IMG/VR virus record: IMGVR_UViG_3300011116_001156 | Location: 1 to 51,268 of that record | From: a virus | Taxonomy: Duplodnaviria; Caudoviricetes | Direction: 5' to 3' (one strand) | DNA length: 51,268 nt | Made by a program: the position numbers and the translations under genes | Part shown: one piece after another, positions 18,032 to 28,049 of the stretch | How the letters are laid out: each line of letters opens with the position of its first letter | Numbering within the stretch: position 1 is the first letter of the stretch | Notes under the pieces: model-generated | Told to the model about the DNA's origin: nothing | What the model saw: only the letters and a program-made list of their open reading frames with translations | Databases searched by the model: none

Positions 18032-18673
18032 ATGCCTGGCTTTATTGACAATGGCTTGCCCAATGTTGCCACGTTCAACGGCCTCGAGCTGTTCAACGCC
18101 GATGGTTCATCGACCACTGGTGTGAACCCGATCTCTACCTCGTTCCAACTGTACAAGCTCGCGCTGGTGATGACCACCATGCTGAACAGTCTGAACAAGA
18201 CCATGGTTGCTGGAACGATCTACTACACCCAGTACCAGATCGGCAACACCTATACCCCGACGCCGAGAGGCTCTGCCGCGAGTACGCAGTCGTTCAGCAT
18301 CACTGGCGTCAACGTCCCGGTCGGGAGCACGGGTGGTACTGACACCTGGCACGTAGGTGTCTGGAACTCTGCTGGCGTGCTCGTCGCCCGAAGCATCACT
18401 GCGGGTGTGACCGCCAGTACGGCGCTGACCATTCAGCAGTTCCCGTTGTATGCGACTGATGGCAGCACCATTGGTCCGGTGACGCTGACCTCTGGTAACT
18501 ACTACATCGGGTTGCAGAGCAACGGCACGACCGCAAACTTCAAGTCGATCAACACTCCGATCTGGGGTGTTCCGACTGGCTCGCAGACTGGCACGGCGGG
18601 AACTTTGCCCGCGATCAGCTCCATCGCGACTACGTTCACCGCGAACCTGGGTCCGCAGGTCAGCCTTTACTAA
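18032..18673 (+). CDS. Virion structural protein
   Basis: Beta-rich; AAAGGA RBS; followed by a terminator. Confidence 0.6.
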   Translation: MPGFIDNGLPNVATFNGLELFNADGSSTTGVNPISTSFQLYKLALVMTTMLNSLNKTMVAGTIYYTQYQIGNTYTPTPRGSAASTQSFSITGVNVPVGSTGGTDTWHVGVWNSAGVLVARSITAGVTASTALTIQQFPLYATDGSTIGPVTLTSGNYYIGLQSNGTTANFKSINTPIWGVPTGSQTGTAGTLPAISSIATTFTANLGPQVSLY

Positions 18674-18699
18674 CAGTAGTTTCTACTGAGGACCAACTG

Positions 18700-18730
18700 G
18701 GAGGGGGCAGCAATGTCCCCTCCTTTTTTT
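18700..18730 (+). terminator. Intrinsic terminator
   Basis: GGAGGGGGCA-GCAA-TGTCCCCTCC followed by T7. Confidence 0.85.
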
Positions 18731-18759
18731 GAGTACACCCTTTGCTAGGTTGAAATCTG

Positions 18760-20628
18760 GTGCAAGTCCTTCCCCTCATCGGCGGTAGTTACTCCGCGCG
18801 CAGCATTGTCGCGAACGGACAGAGATGCATCAATCTCTTTCCCGAGCCGAACAGATCTGACTCCCCCACCAAAATGACCCACTACCAGCGACCAGGACTT
18901 GTCCCGCTGGTCTCTCCATCTGCTCCTGCTGCCGGTCGCGGAATCTACCGGGCGAGCAATGGCGACGGCTACGCTGTAATCGGATCGGCGCTGTATTATA
19001 TCTCTCCCACCTGGACACTGACATCTCTGGGCTCTATCATTTCTGCCTGGTCTAATGAAACCAATCCAGTCTCAATGGTGGACAACGGTATTCAGTTGAT
19101 GATTGTCGATGGCGTGCTGGGGGCAGGGGGAGTATCTGGGACTGTTACCTTCGCCGCGAACCCGAGCAATGGTGACACTGTCACCCTGAACGGGGTTGTC
19201 TGGACTTTTAAGACTGTGCCAGTGAACCCGACTGATGTGCTTATTGGTGGAACGACTGCGATCACCATCACGACCCTGCGTCTCGCCCTGCTTGCGAGTA
19301 CCAACCCACTGCTGACTGTCGCGACGTACTCCAGCATTGTTGGAGTGCTCCAGATTGTTTATCTGGAGACTGGGGCTGCCGGAGTCGGGTATACTCTCGC
19401 TGCAAGTGTCGGCACCCCAAGCGCGGCTCATCTGGTGGCTGGAACTGTGACCCAGGTCGGCGGTGGGTTCTATGTCGATCTGAACCAGGCGACTGCCGCA
19501 AGTGCTGTCGCGATGACTGATCTGTCTTGGACCGGAGCGGACTTGCTCACGTACAATGACTCTTACATTATCTGGAACGTACCAGGGACAAACCAGTTCG
19601 GTTGCACGCTGTCAAACCAGATTGAGCCTCTCGACGCGACATACTTTGCCAGCAAGACTACCTGGCCCGATCCGATTCAGGGGTTGATCGTTGCCAACTC
19701 AAACTTGTTCCTCTACGGGCAGCTGAAAGGGGAAATGTGGTATAACTCTGGTGCCGCTGCCTTCCCATTTGCGAGGCAGCCGGGGACCTCTGTCGAGCAC
19801 GGAATGGTCGCGAAGTTCAGCATCTGCTGCGCGGATGTTAACATATACTTTCTCTCGCAGGACTTGCAAGGCCAGGGATATGTCATGCGCGCGAGAGGGA
19901 ATGATATCAAACGGATTTCCAACTTCGCTATCGAATACGCGATGAGCCAGATGTCCACGCTCTCTGACGCTGTGGCATACTGCTACCAAGTCGCGGGACA
20001 TATGTACTATGTCCTCTCCTTCCCGACGGCGAATCAGACCTGGGTCTGGGACGAGTCTGTCGGTGAACCGAATGACGGCTGGTCACAGCGCGCTTGGACG
20101 GACTCAGACGGGACACTCAATCGGGATCGGGGGGCGTTCGGCGCGTTTCTCTATGGAAAGAATGTCTGCCTGGACTGGGAGAACGGGACAATCTATGAGC
20201 AGTCCCATTCCACCTACACCGACACGATTCAGACAATCAACTTTGGGACGACGACTAGTCAGAGCTACCCAATCAGCTATATCCGGACGTTCCCCCACCT
20301 GATGATGGGCAAGGACCCGAACAGCGGGCAGCCGACTCTCTCCAACGGGCATCTGGTGAAGCACGAACGCTTCGCTATCGACGCTGATCTGGGGAATGTC
20401 GCCGCTGGAGTCTCGCCCGTGTTCTCCCTCCAGTACTCCGATGACCGTGGCAAGACCTGGAGTGGGAAGACCACACTGGTGGCTGGTAAACAGGGCGAGT
20501 ATGGCACTCGACCTGACGCTCGGGCGCTGGGCATGGCGATGGATCGGGTGTATGAACTCTCCTGGACTTTCCCCGGCAAGGTTGCCCTGAATGGGGCCTG
20601 GGTCGAGGGAACAGTACTTAACCAATAA
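18760..20628 (+). CDS. Tail hub / DNA stabilisation protein (P22 gp10-like) with an inserted domain
   Basis: GGSY.ARS...QRCINL.PE, RPGL, VSMVDNG, SDD.GKTWS, G..GEY and LG...DRVYEL motifs. Confidence 0.85.
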   Translation: MQVLPLIGGSYSARSIVANGQRCINLFPEPNRSDSPTKMTHYQRPGLVPLVSPSAPAAGRGIYRASNGDGYAVIGSALYYISPTWTLTSLGSIISAWSNETNPVSMVDNGIQLMIVDGVLGAGGVSGTVTFAANPSNGDTVTLNGVVWTFKTVPVNPTDVLIGGTTAITITTLRLALLASTNPLLTVATYSSIVGVLQIVYLETGAAGVGYTLAASVGTPSAAHLVAGTVTQVGGGFYVDLNQATAASAVAMTDLSWTGADLLTYNDSYIIWNVPGTNQFGCTLSNQIEPLDATYFASKTTWPDPIQGLIVANSNLFLYGQLKGEMWYNSGAAAFPFARQPGTSVEHGMVAKFSICCADVNIYFLSQDLQGQGYVMRARGNDIKRISNFAIEYAMSQMSTLSDAVAYCYQVAGHMYYVLSFPTANQTWVWDESVGEPNDGWSQRAWTDSDGTLNRDRGAFGAFLYGKNVCLDWENGTIYEQSHSTYTDTIQTINFGTTTSQSYPISYIRTFPHLMMGKDPNSGQPTLSNGHLVKHERFAIDADLGNVAAGVSPVFSLQYSDDRGKTWSGKTTLVAGKQGEYGTRPDARALGMAMDRVYELSWTFPGKVALNGAWVEGTVLNQ

Positions 20629-20640
20629 AGGAACACTGCT

Positions 20641-20922
20641 ATGGCTGATGGCGCGGGGCAACAGCAGGGAATGCCTTCACTGGACATTCCGTTCTTAAAC
20701 CCAGATGGGACGGTGAGTATAACCTGGTACAGGTTTCTCAACAATCTGTGGAAGGGCTGTGGACTGGGTACGCCCAATATTGCGGTCGGGCAGAATCAAG
20801 ACGCGAGTCTTGGTCCAGTGTCAGTGGCGCTGATCATGAATACTCACCTGGGCTTCCACTACATCCAGGTGCTGGATCAGGTGACTGGGCAGAGCTATGG
20901 TTATGTAGGTCCGGTGGTGTAA
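20641..20922 (+). CDS. Small tail-associated protein
   Basis: P....DG.V...WYRFL motif typical after gp10-like genes. Confidence 0.55.
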   Translation: MADGAGQQQGMPSLDIPFLNPDGTVSITWYRFLNNLWKGCGLGTPNIAVGQNQDASLGPVSVALIMNTHLGFHYIQVLDQVTGQSYGYVGPVV

Positions 20923-20997
20923 GGTTCTCCTCCCATGGATTCCATTCCCTCCCCGCTCCCACTTGACTTCCAACCAGAATAGAGTTACCCCAGTCCT

Positions 20998-21447
20998 ATG
21001 CTCGACATCGCACCGATATCACAGCTAACTGAGTTCCCAATCCCCCATGAGGTGATTGTGGCAGTCGAGCAACTGCTCGGAGAGGCAATAGGTACTGGAC
21101 TGACAACTGAACTGCGCGATGAAATCCCGCTCCACCACGAGTTCATCCAGGGCGCGTATGCTCGCGGGATGAGAGCGCCAGCGGGGACTCTCCTAGTGGG
21201 GAAAATTCACCGCCGAGCTTGCTTTAACTTCATCCTCTCTGGTGCCTGTGTTGTCTTCGACGAGGGCGGGAGGAAGGACATTGTTGCGCCGCTGTTCTTT
21301 GTCTCTCCACCAGGGATCAAGCGAGTGATATACGCTATCGAAGACCTGATCTGGTACAATGTCCATGGGACTGAGGAGACAGATTTGGACAAGCTTGAAG
21401 TTCAACTAATCGCTCCTGATTACTCTGACTTGGCTAAGGAAATCTAA
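20998..21447 (+). CDS. Cupin-like conserved phage protein
   Basis: HEF..G.YAR....PAGT.LVGKIH...SG...PG.KR...H pattern. Confidence 0.6.
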   Translation: MLDIAPISQLTEFPIPHEVIVAVEQLLGEAIGTGLTTELRDEIPLHHEFIQGAYARGMRAPAGTLLVGKIHRRACFNFILSGACVVFDEGGRKDIVAPLFFVSPPGIKRVIYAIEDLIWYNVHGTEETDLDKLEVQLIAPDYSDLAKEI

Positions 21448-22931
21448 TGGCTTGGATTGCAACAGCGATCATTGGCTCGGCGATACTTGGAGCCGGGGCA
21501 AGTATCATCGGCGGGAACAAGGCTGCGAATGCGGCGCAGCAGAGCGCGCAGATGCAGGCAGATGCCGCACGGTATTCGGCTGATGTTCAGCGCGATATGT
21601 ATAATACGACTCGAAATGACCTGCGTCCATTCGTGACTGCGGGCACCGCCGGACTGGCCAACTACGCGGGGCTGCTGAACGGTGGAGTGTCCGTTCCGAA
21701 TGCGGACACGATCAATCTGCCCGCGAACACGAGTTTCGTCGAGGGGACCGGGTATGTAACTCAGAATGAGGATGGGTCTGTCTCTGTCTCCCAGACTCCG
21801 CCGGAAGGCTCGGTGACGAAGAACGCCCCGACACAGCTGGGGGCCACTCCTGACAATTCGCTTGCTGCTGTCAACAAGTTCATGCCAGGGAGCTACAGCT
21901 CCGCTGAGGAGAACATCCTTCGCTCGCTGACTCCGGGGGCAATCGACCCGAACTCTTTGATGACAGCAGCCAACAGCTTTGTCCCTGGGGCAAACAATTC
22001 CCCGAATGCTCTGTTGAAGAATCTGGAGAGCTTCTCTGGGAACTCCGCGACACCAGATGCGAGTCTCTCCGCACTACGAAACTTCACCGCTGGTGGCTCT
22101 GCCACTCCTGACGCGAGCCTCACTGCGCTTCGCTCCTTCGTCCCTGGTGGCGGGACGGAGAACAATCTGCTGAAGAAGTACGAGGCCCTGCTGGGAGTGG
22201 GCAAAGACGGGACCTTCGATCCAAAGGCGATCCAGGCAGCGCTGGAGGCAACTCCCGGCTACCAGTTCACTCGCGATCAAGGTCTGAAAGCTGTGCAAAA
22301 TGGCTTTGCCGCGAAGGGGCTCGGTAGCTCTGGCGCTGCCATGCGCGGAGCAGCGGATTATGCTACTGGGCTGTCGAATCAGACTTATGAGCAAAGGCTC
22401 CAAGACTATCTCTCTGGCTACAACAACGAGTTTACGAATACTTACAACGCGTACACTGGGCAGGCCACCAACGCGCAGAACACTTACTCCAACCTCTCCT
22501 CCAACGCGCTTAATTCCTACAACATCGCTGGGAATCTGGCCTACAACACCTGGGGCCAGGGTGCGACACAGGCGCTTAATCAGTACAGCACAAAGCTGAC
22601 TGGAGCGCAGAATACCTACGAGCAGCGAGTCAGGGCTGCGAACAATTTGCTCTCGCTTGGTGAGAATGCTGGCGCGCAGACGGGTGTGATTGGAGCGACG
22701 ACTGGTGGGAACATTGCCAACACGCTAACCTCTGGTGCCGCTGCCCAGGCCGCTGGAATCGTCGGCGCGGCGAATGCACAGACTGGGGCACTGACCAATG
22801 TTGCGAACTCGATTGGCAATGCTGGCGTGAGTGCAGCACTATTAAGCCAAAATGGGAATAATTTGTCTATAAATTCTAACAGTCCATATACCAATCAAAT
22901 TGATCCGAAACTGTCAGGATTGTTCCGATGA
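21447..22931 (+). CDS. DNA ejection (pilot) protein, gp7-like, repeat-expanded
   Basis: Hydrophobic MAWIATAIIG N-terminus; PGYQF..DQG.KAVQN..AA.G...SG core. Confidence 0.75.
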   Translation: MAWIATAIIGSAILGAGASIIGGNKAANAAQQSAQMQADAARYSADVQRDMYNTTRNDLRPFVTAGTAGLANYAGLLNGGVSVPNADTINLPANTSFVEGTGYVTQNEDGSVSVSQTPPEGSVTKNAPTQLGATPDNSLAAVNKFMPGSYSSAEENILRSLTPGAIDPNSLMTAANSFVPGANNSPNALLKNLESFSGNSATPDASLSALRNFTAGGSATPDASLTALRSFVPGGGTENNLLKKYEALLGVGKDGTFDPKAIQAALEATPGYQFTRDQGLKAVQNGFAAKGLGSSGAAMRGAADYATGLSNQTYEQRLQDYLSGYNNEFTNTYNAYTGQATNAQNTYSNLSSNALNSYNIAGNLAYNTWGQGATQALNQYSTKLTGAQNTYEQRVRAANNLLSLGENAGAQTGVIGATTGGNIANTLTSGAAAQAAGIVGAANAQTGALTNVANSIGNAGVSAALLSQNGNNLSINSNSPYTNQIDPKLSGLFR

Positions 22932-23506
22932 GCAATAATATGCTGGCCCCCGGCGCGGGGCAACTACCAGCGGCAAGCCCGGATGACGACAAGGCTGTGC
23001 AGCCTGGCAGCACGTCGAGTGCTCCGCAGGCAAGCCCCCCAGGGGCTACTCCCCCGCTGGCGATGGCTCCTCCTGGCCTCGGTGATATGCAGAAGTACTT
23101 CACCTCGCAGGAGGATAAAATGGCCCAGCAATATGGTAAGATGAAACAGGCTGTCGGGGCTCTCCAAGTCATGCGGAACGGCTGGGATAAACTGGCGGCG
23201 CTGGGTGATACAATTACTGCTGATGCTGTCATCGATGTGGCTGGTGATATGGTCGCTGGGGGAATCCCGGCAGTCAGGCTGGCTGGGCTCCTTGCTGATA
23301 TGCCAGAGCAATCGGCTCAGCTGCAACAATGGGTCGCGCAGCAGTCGCAGGAACTGGCTCCGAAAGAAGCCCAGGCAGAGAAGGCCCTCGTCGCCGCGAG
23401 GTACTCCCTCGGCATGGCTGCATTCCAGTCGATGCTATCACACGGCGCTGAGGAACACTTCGCGCGCAAGCGCTTCGCTGAAATGCCTGTACAGGGGAAT
23501 GCCTGA
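22928..23506 (+). CDS. Hypothetical protein in the ejection cluster
   Basis: ATGA coupling; predicted helical. Confidence 0.6.
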   Translation: MSNNMLAPGAGQLPAASPDDDKAVQPGSTSSAPQASPPGATPPLAMAPPGLGDMQKYFTSQEDKMAQQYGKMKQAVGALQVMRNGWDKLAALGDTITADAVIDVAGDMVAGGIPAVRLAGLLADMPEQSAQLQQWVAQQSQELAPKEAQAEKALVAARYSLGMAAFQSMLSHGAEEHFARKRFAEMPVQGNA

Positions 23507-25149
23507 TGCCACTTGACCCGACGATCTCCCTGGGGGTGAAGCCTCCCGCTGCTCCGACCAATCCGATGGAACTGCTCGGGTCAATTGGCGAGGTCCAGAA
23601 AAAGCTGACCGAGGCCCGCTTCATACAGGCCAAGTTCAAGGCCCAGCAACAAGCGGGGACGATCATCGCCGCTGCGCCGAGTCTGGCTGATGGCATTGCC
23701 GCTATTAACAAAGTCCCTGAAATCGCGATGTTTCCAGAGATTGCCAACTCAGTTGCAGAGGGTAGGGACTCACTGCTCGCTTGGCAAGGGAATGTCAGCA
23801 AGCAGGCAAATGATACAACTGGGAAGTTCTTGGACAGCATGGCTGGTGCTGTTGTTCACAAAGACTATGCTAAGGCTTCCGCTGACGCTTTGGTCAGCAC
23901 TATCATGAGTCCTGAGGTCAGGAAAGCAGCAATGGCATCAATAGATCGCTGGAACACCTACACCAACGATGGACTGTCTGGCGATCCTGCAAAAGACGAG
24001 CAAGAAAGACTGCAGAGAATTTCAGCGGTCGGTGTCGGTGCTGGTGCTATGGACACCATCGCGAAGCTGCATGGAACTTCCAGCCTTATTGATCGCGGGC
24101 CGGGGGTTCAGTCAGCTGTCACAAGTCCAACAATCCCGACTCGACTGGGTGGGACTCCTGGACAGACCAACTTCATTGGTTCTCTCATGCCGAAGGACTT
24201 GCCGCCTTCAGTTACTGACCCAAGAGGTATGCCAGTTAATACTGGTAGGCTTACTGGTGGTGGTAATGCACTGTCTCCTACGCCAGCAGCGAGTGCTGGT
24301 GCTAATCCTCTCGCGATGCCTTCGCCAAAGGCTGCCAAGAGTGCTGAATCTGTTACTGGCAATGAATTTTCCGCTGAAGACGCTGGTGATGGCACACCAC
24401 TGTATCCTAAAGGATACAAAATCCCTGCTGTCAAAGAACCTAAGAATATGTCTGGAGGCCCGGCCAATCCTCAGTCAGAACAGCGTTCTACCGACTTGAT
24501 GAAAAAGTTCACCGACTCGAAAGCCATGGAGCACGGTCAGGCGGCGCTGGGCAATCTTGCTGAGATGGACGCGAACTTTGACACGATGCAGAAAGAGGGC
24601 GGATTCTTGACTCCTGGTGCTGGCGGAGAGCAAAGACTGGCGATTGGTAAGATCATAAACGCTACATCAGCGGTGTTTGGTGGAGGCCCCGTTTTCGCGC
24701 CTACGGCTCTGGCAGCTGGTGAAGACGCGATGAAAGACACCCAGCGAATGGTTGGCTCGCTTGTCAACCAGATGTATGGCAATCAACGAGAAGCTGCTGA
24801 AACTATTAAAAACGCGACCTCTGCAGTCCCGACTATCAACAATACTTATCTGGGTGGTAAGCTGGTGACAGCTCTGCTCCGCGCTGCCACTCAGCGAAGC
24901 ATGGCTGAGTGGAAGTTTAATAACGAGTGGGCAGCAAAGCATCACGATGACCTTCGCGGAGCAGAGGCTGAGTTCGCGCGACTCCATCCAATGTCAAACT
25001 ACACCGATCCGGTGCTCAAAGGTTTTGGCATGACTCAGAATGGTTTTGAAAGCGCGAAAATGCTTCGCGAGCAAATGAACAAGGGTTTGCTTACCCCGGA
25101 GCAAGCGATGCAAATTGCCAAAGAAAAGAAGCTGAAGTTGGAGGATTAG
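23506..25149 (+). CDS. Ejection / internal virion protein
   Basis: MPLDPTISLGVKPP N-terminus typical of gp20-like proteins; position in the cluster. Confidence 0.65.
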   Translation: MPLDPTISLGVKPPAAPTNPMELLGSIGEVQKKLTEARFIQAKFKAQQQAGTIIAAAPSLADGIAAINKVPEIAMFPEIANSVAEGRDSLLAWQGNVSKQANDTTGKFLDSMAGAVVHKDYAKASADALVSTIMSPEVRKAAMASIDRWNTYTNDGLSGDPAKDEQERLQRISAVGVGAGAMDTIAKLHGTSSLIDRGPGVQSAVTSPTIPTRLGGTPGQTNFIGSLMPKDLPPSVTDPRGMPVNTGRLTGGGNALSPTPAASAGANPLAMPSPKAAKSAESVTGNEFSAEDAGDGTPLYPKGYKIPAVKEPKNMSGGPANPQSEQRSTDLMKKFTDSKAMEHGQAALGNLAEMDANFDTMQKEGGFLTPGAGGEQRLAIGKIINATSAVFGGGPVFAPTALAAGEDAMKDTQRMVGSLVNQMYGNQREAAETIKNATSAVPTINNTYLGGKLVTALLRAATQRSMAEWKFNNEWAAKHHDDLRGAEAEFARLHPMSNYTDPVLKGFGMTQNGFESAKMLREQMNKGLLTPEQAMQIAKEKKLKLED

Positions 25150-25153
25150 TACC

Positions 25154-27442
25154 ATGGCTGAGGAAAAGGACAAATACTCAGATAATGACTATGCTAAGTT
25201 CTTCTCTGCTCCAGTGGAAGAGCCTGCACCGCATAGCGATGAAGAGTATGCGAAGTTCTTCAGTGCTGAGCCAGGCCAGCCGAAGGCTGCCGAAGGTCCG
25301 GTGAAGCAGCTGACTGGCTGGAAGCGGGAAGTTCAGCTTCCGCTGGAAGCGCTCGCGACTGGAACACAGCATCTTATCACTCAACGGGGGGATATTAACT
25401 CTATGCTGCCGGAATCTTTCCAGGCAGGCAATCCGAAGAATCTGAAAAAGAACGCGAACGGGCTGAGCGATTTCCTCGACACTAATCTGCCGGAGACTTT
25501 CAAAAACTGGTACAACGCTCCTCCGCCGAGTGGAGCGGACATCGCGAAGGTGACGGGACTGGGGCTGGAAAATCGACCGGATTTGACACCGCAGTCAGCG
25601 AGAGAAAGGTATGAAGTTGTTGGTGTTGCCGCGCTGCCGCAGATTCCCCAGTTGATGATGACTGGGACGGCTGCGTTGCCCGCGCTTACTGCGACGCTTG
25701 GCGGGGCTTTCTTGGCCCAGGGCGCGCATGACGTATTCCCAAACTCTAAAATTGCCCCCATCGCTGGAGGAATTGTTGGAAGTATCCTTGGTGGCTGGGG
25801 TGGCGGAGCGGTGAAGGTAAAGCTTGATCTTCGCGATGCGACGAAGGAGCTGAACGACGCGCAACAAGGACTATCGCAAGCGATTGAGAATGCAGAAAAA
25901 CTCCGCGCTAACAAGGCGTCCAATAATCTCCAACTTGGCTACCAAGCAACGCTGGACAAGCACCAGTCACGAATGGCTGCGGATCAGATAATCAAGGATA
26001 GTGAGGCGAGTCTGGCTGCGACGCAGAAGGTTGGAGAACAGACTCTGCAAAAAGCAACTCAGGCGACAGAGGATTCTTTCAAGAGAACTGGGAGTTTGCT
26101 GGGCAAAGCGGCAGACTACGAGGATGCTGGTGTTGCCCTTCAGGCTGGGGGAAATGGGTGGCTGAAAGCCATGCCAGGGCAGTTGAAAAAGCTCGGAAAG
26201 GAACTGGAAGCAGTCATTCCCGAAGACGCTCCGCTGACACTGAAGAACCTGCGCGGTTATCTGGGCGAGCTGAACAAGAATGCGGGAACCCTTCAGCCTG
26301 TCGCGGATGTAGTTCGGCCAGAGCTGGTGAAAAGGCTCTCCGACGCTGTGGCGAAGATGGATGCCAGAGCTGGAGCGGCGGAAGAGCTAGGAATGGCTGG
26401 GAACTCTCCCACCGCGACTTGGAAGGATGGAAGAGTTCTGAGAACTATGATTGGCGATATGCTTGCTGATCCGTCTACCATTCGCGGGATGAGCCAACAG
26501 CAGGTCGCTGGTATCTACCGCGCTTTGCACGAGGACTTGAGCGAAGTCGCGAGAAGGATAGACCAGAATGGGGCTCTCCGTGCGGCTGAGTCTGGTACTC
26601 CGCTGACTGCGCCTTCGGCAGTGGAGACCTGGAACAATTACAATACCAAGACGAGCAGGTTGTATGACATCGCTAGCGGCCCGATGGCGGAAATCACGAC
26701 GACTGGGAAGGAAGGGCTCAAGCCGGGACAGGTGGCGAAGAAACTGATCACCGATGGCGCGACTGACTCTACCACACTTCGGATTCTGAGAGAAGAAATC
26801 CCGGATTCGCTGAATGAACTTGCTGCCGCGCATTTGAAGACCCAAGGCTCAGCTGGCTGGACTAGTCTGTCCCAGAAAAGCAAAGACGCGCTGGTAACTG
26901 GGGACTCAGAAGTGTCGGGGAAGCTGCTTGACCGGATGCTGGAAGAGCGGGCAGAGCTGCAGGCACGGACTCAGGCAAAGCTGGCGGAAGAAACTGAGGC
27001 TCACGCTGCTATGGTTAGCTCGGCTAATGAAGGGGCTCAGGCAGGTAACTTCAAGATCGCGAAAAAGCTGCAAGAGACTAGAATTGCAAAGTCTCGTGAG
27101 ATGGAAGCGGCACGGGCGGCTGAGCGGGAGGCCAAAAAGCGAGTCGCGGAGGCGCAGGCAAAGGTTCCAGAAAAGCCTGACTCTGCCCAGTCTCTGGCTG
27201 GGACTATCCGAGCCTGGGGTGCGCCACTCCTGGCTGCGATGGAAGGCCCTGCGATAGCGAATGCACTGCGCATCAACCATCTGATGCCGGGAGTCGGAAC
27301 AGCACTTGGCGGGGCAATCCTTGGTGGAAAGGCACTGAAAGCTGGGGTGACTGCTCTAATGGAGCGTCCGTCTAGAGTCGTCGTCCCCCTCGCTGGCGCG
27401 ACTTCCGGGCAGAACGCTCTTTCGATCCCGGCGGGGAAATAA
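25154..27442 (+). CDS. Large ejection protein (gp16-like)
   Basis: Duplicated SD..YAKFFSA N-terminal motif, hydrophobic segments and coiled coils; last late gene. Confidence 0.6.
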   Translation: MAEEKDKYSDNDYAKFFSAPVEEPAPHSDEEYAKFFSAEPGQPKAAEGPVKQLTGWKREVQLPLEALATGTQHLITQRGDINSMLPESFQAGNPKNLKKNANGLSDFLDTNLPETFKNWYNAPPPSGADIAKVTGLGLENRPDLTPQSARERYEVVGVAALPQIPQLMMTGTAALPALTATLGGAFLAQGAHDVFPNSKIAPIAGGIVGSILGGWGGGAVKVKLDLRDATKELNDAQQGLSQAIENAEKLRANKASNNLQLGYQATLDKHQSRMAADQIIKDSEASLAATQKVGEQTLQKATQATEDSFKRTGSLLGKAADYEDAGVALQAGGNGWLKAMPGQLKKLGKELEAVIPEDAPLTLKNLRGYLGELNKNAGTLQPVADVVRPELVKRLSDAVAKMDARAGAAEELGMAGNSPTATWKDGRVLRTMIGDMLADPSTIRGMSQQQVAGIYRALHEDLSEVARRIDQNGALRAAESGTPLTAPSAVETWNNYNTKTSRLYDIASGPMAEITTTGKEGLKPGQVAKKLITDGATDSTTLRILREEIPDSLNELAAAHLKTQGSAGWTSLSQKSKDALVTGDSEVSGKLLDRMLEERAELQARTQAKLAEETEAHAAMVSSANEGAQAGNFKIAKKLQETRIAKSREMEAARAAEREAKKRVAEAQAKVPEKPDSAQSLAGTIRAWGAPLLAAMEGPAIANALRINHLMPGVGTALGGAILGGKALKAGVTALMERPSRVVVPLAGATSGQNALSIPAGK

Positions 27443-27539
27443 GATCGGCCAAGGCATCTGCTTGCCACTGGAAGAATTGGCAGAGCAGGAAAATCAGGGC
27501 TATTAGTAGGGCTAGAGCTAGGATGATGGGGAGGCTCAT
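27372..27539 (-). CDS. Possible small membrane peptide
   Basis: MSLPIILALALLIALIFLLC; downstream of a strong leftward promoter; overlaps the end of the gp16-like gene. Confidence 0.3.
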   Translation of the reverse strand: MSLPIILALALLIALIFLLCQFFQWQADALADLISPPGSKERSARKSRQRGGRRL

Positions 27540-27711
27540 GCTGGGGCCTTGCGGGGTTTGTTCTGCAAAGGTGGGATCAGGGTGGGATTGGTTAGCACTC
27601 AAGGAGTGGCGGGTGTCGGTGTACCGGGGAAAGGGTGGTAGGGCATCACATGGCCATTATATGCCCCGTCCCTTACCACCCCTAGTACCTTCTTCCCGTC
27701 ATCACCCCCTA

Positions 27712-27740
27712 CATATAGTGTCTCCCTCCCCACCTGTCAA
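27712..27740 (-). promoter_or_regulatory. Sigma70-like promoter pointing into the late arm
   Basis: TTGACA-17nt-TATATG on the minus strand. Confidence 0.55.
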
Positions 27741-27751
27741 GACACTCCCAC

Positions 27752-28012
27752 TCAGTATTTCCTATTCAACGATTCCAAATTTGCTCCTTTTTCCATTCTT
27801 GCCTCGTTTATTCTTTGCAGAACAGTAATTAAATCATGTAATGCACAGAAAGGGATTTCTGTTCCAACTTTATCACAGTAATTTCTTATTTCCACATAAC
27901 CTAAACCCTCACCATATGAATCAACTGTGATAATAACCTCGTCAAATCCATCTTTGATAAAGGCCAGCTTTGTTTCAACTAACTCGATTTCATAAACATC
28001 CAGCATAGACAT
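27752..28012 (-). CDS. AT-rich hypothetical protein
   Basis: ORF visibly lower in GC than its neighbours. Confidence 0.6.
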   Translation of the reverse strand: MSMLDVYEIELVETKLAFIKDGFDEVIITVDSYGEGLGYVEIRNYCDKVGTEIPFCALHDLITVLQRINEARMEKGANLESLNRKY

Positions 28013-28049
28013 TTGTTTTCTTCTTTGTTGCTGTTAAGTTTAAACGACC

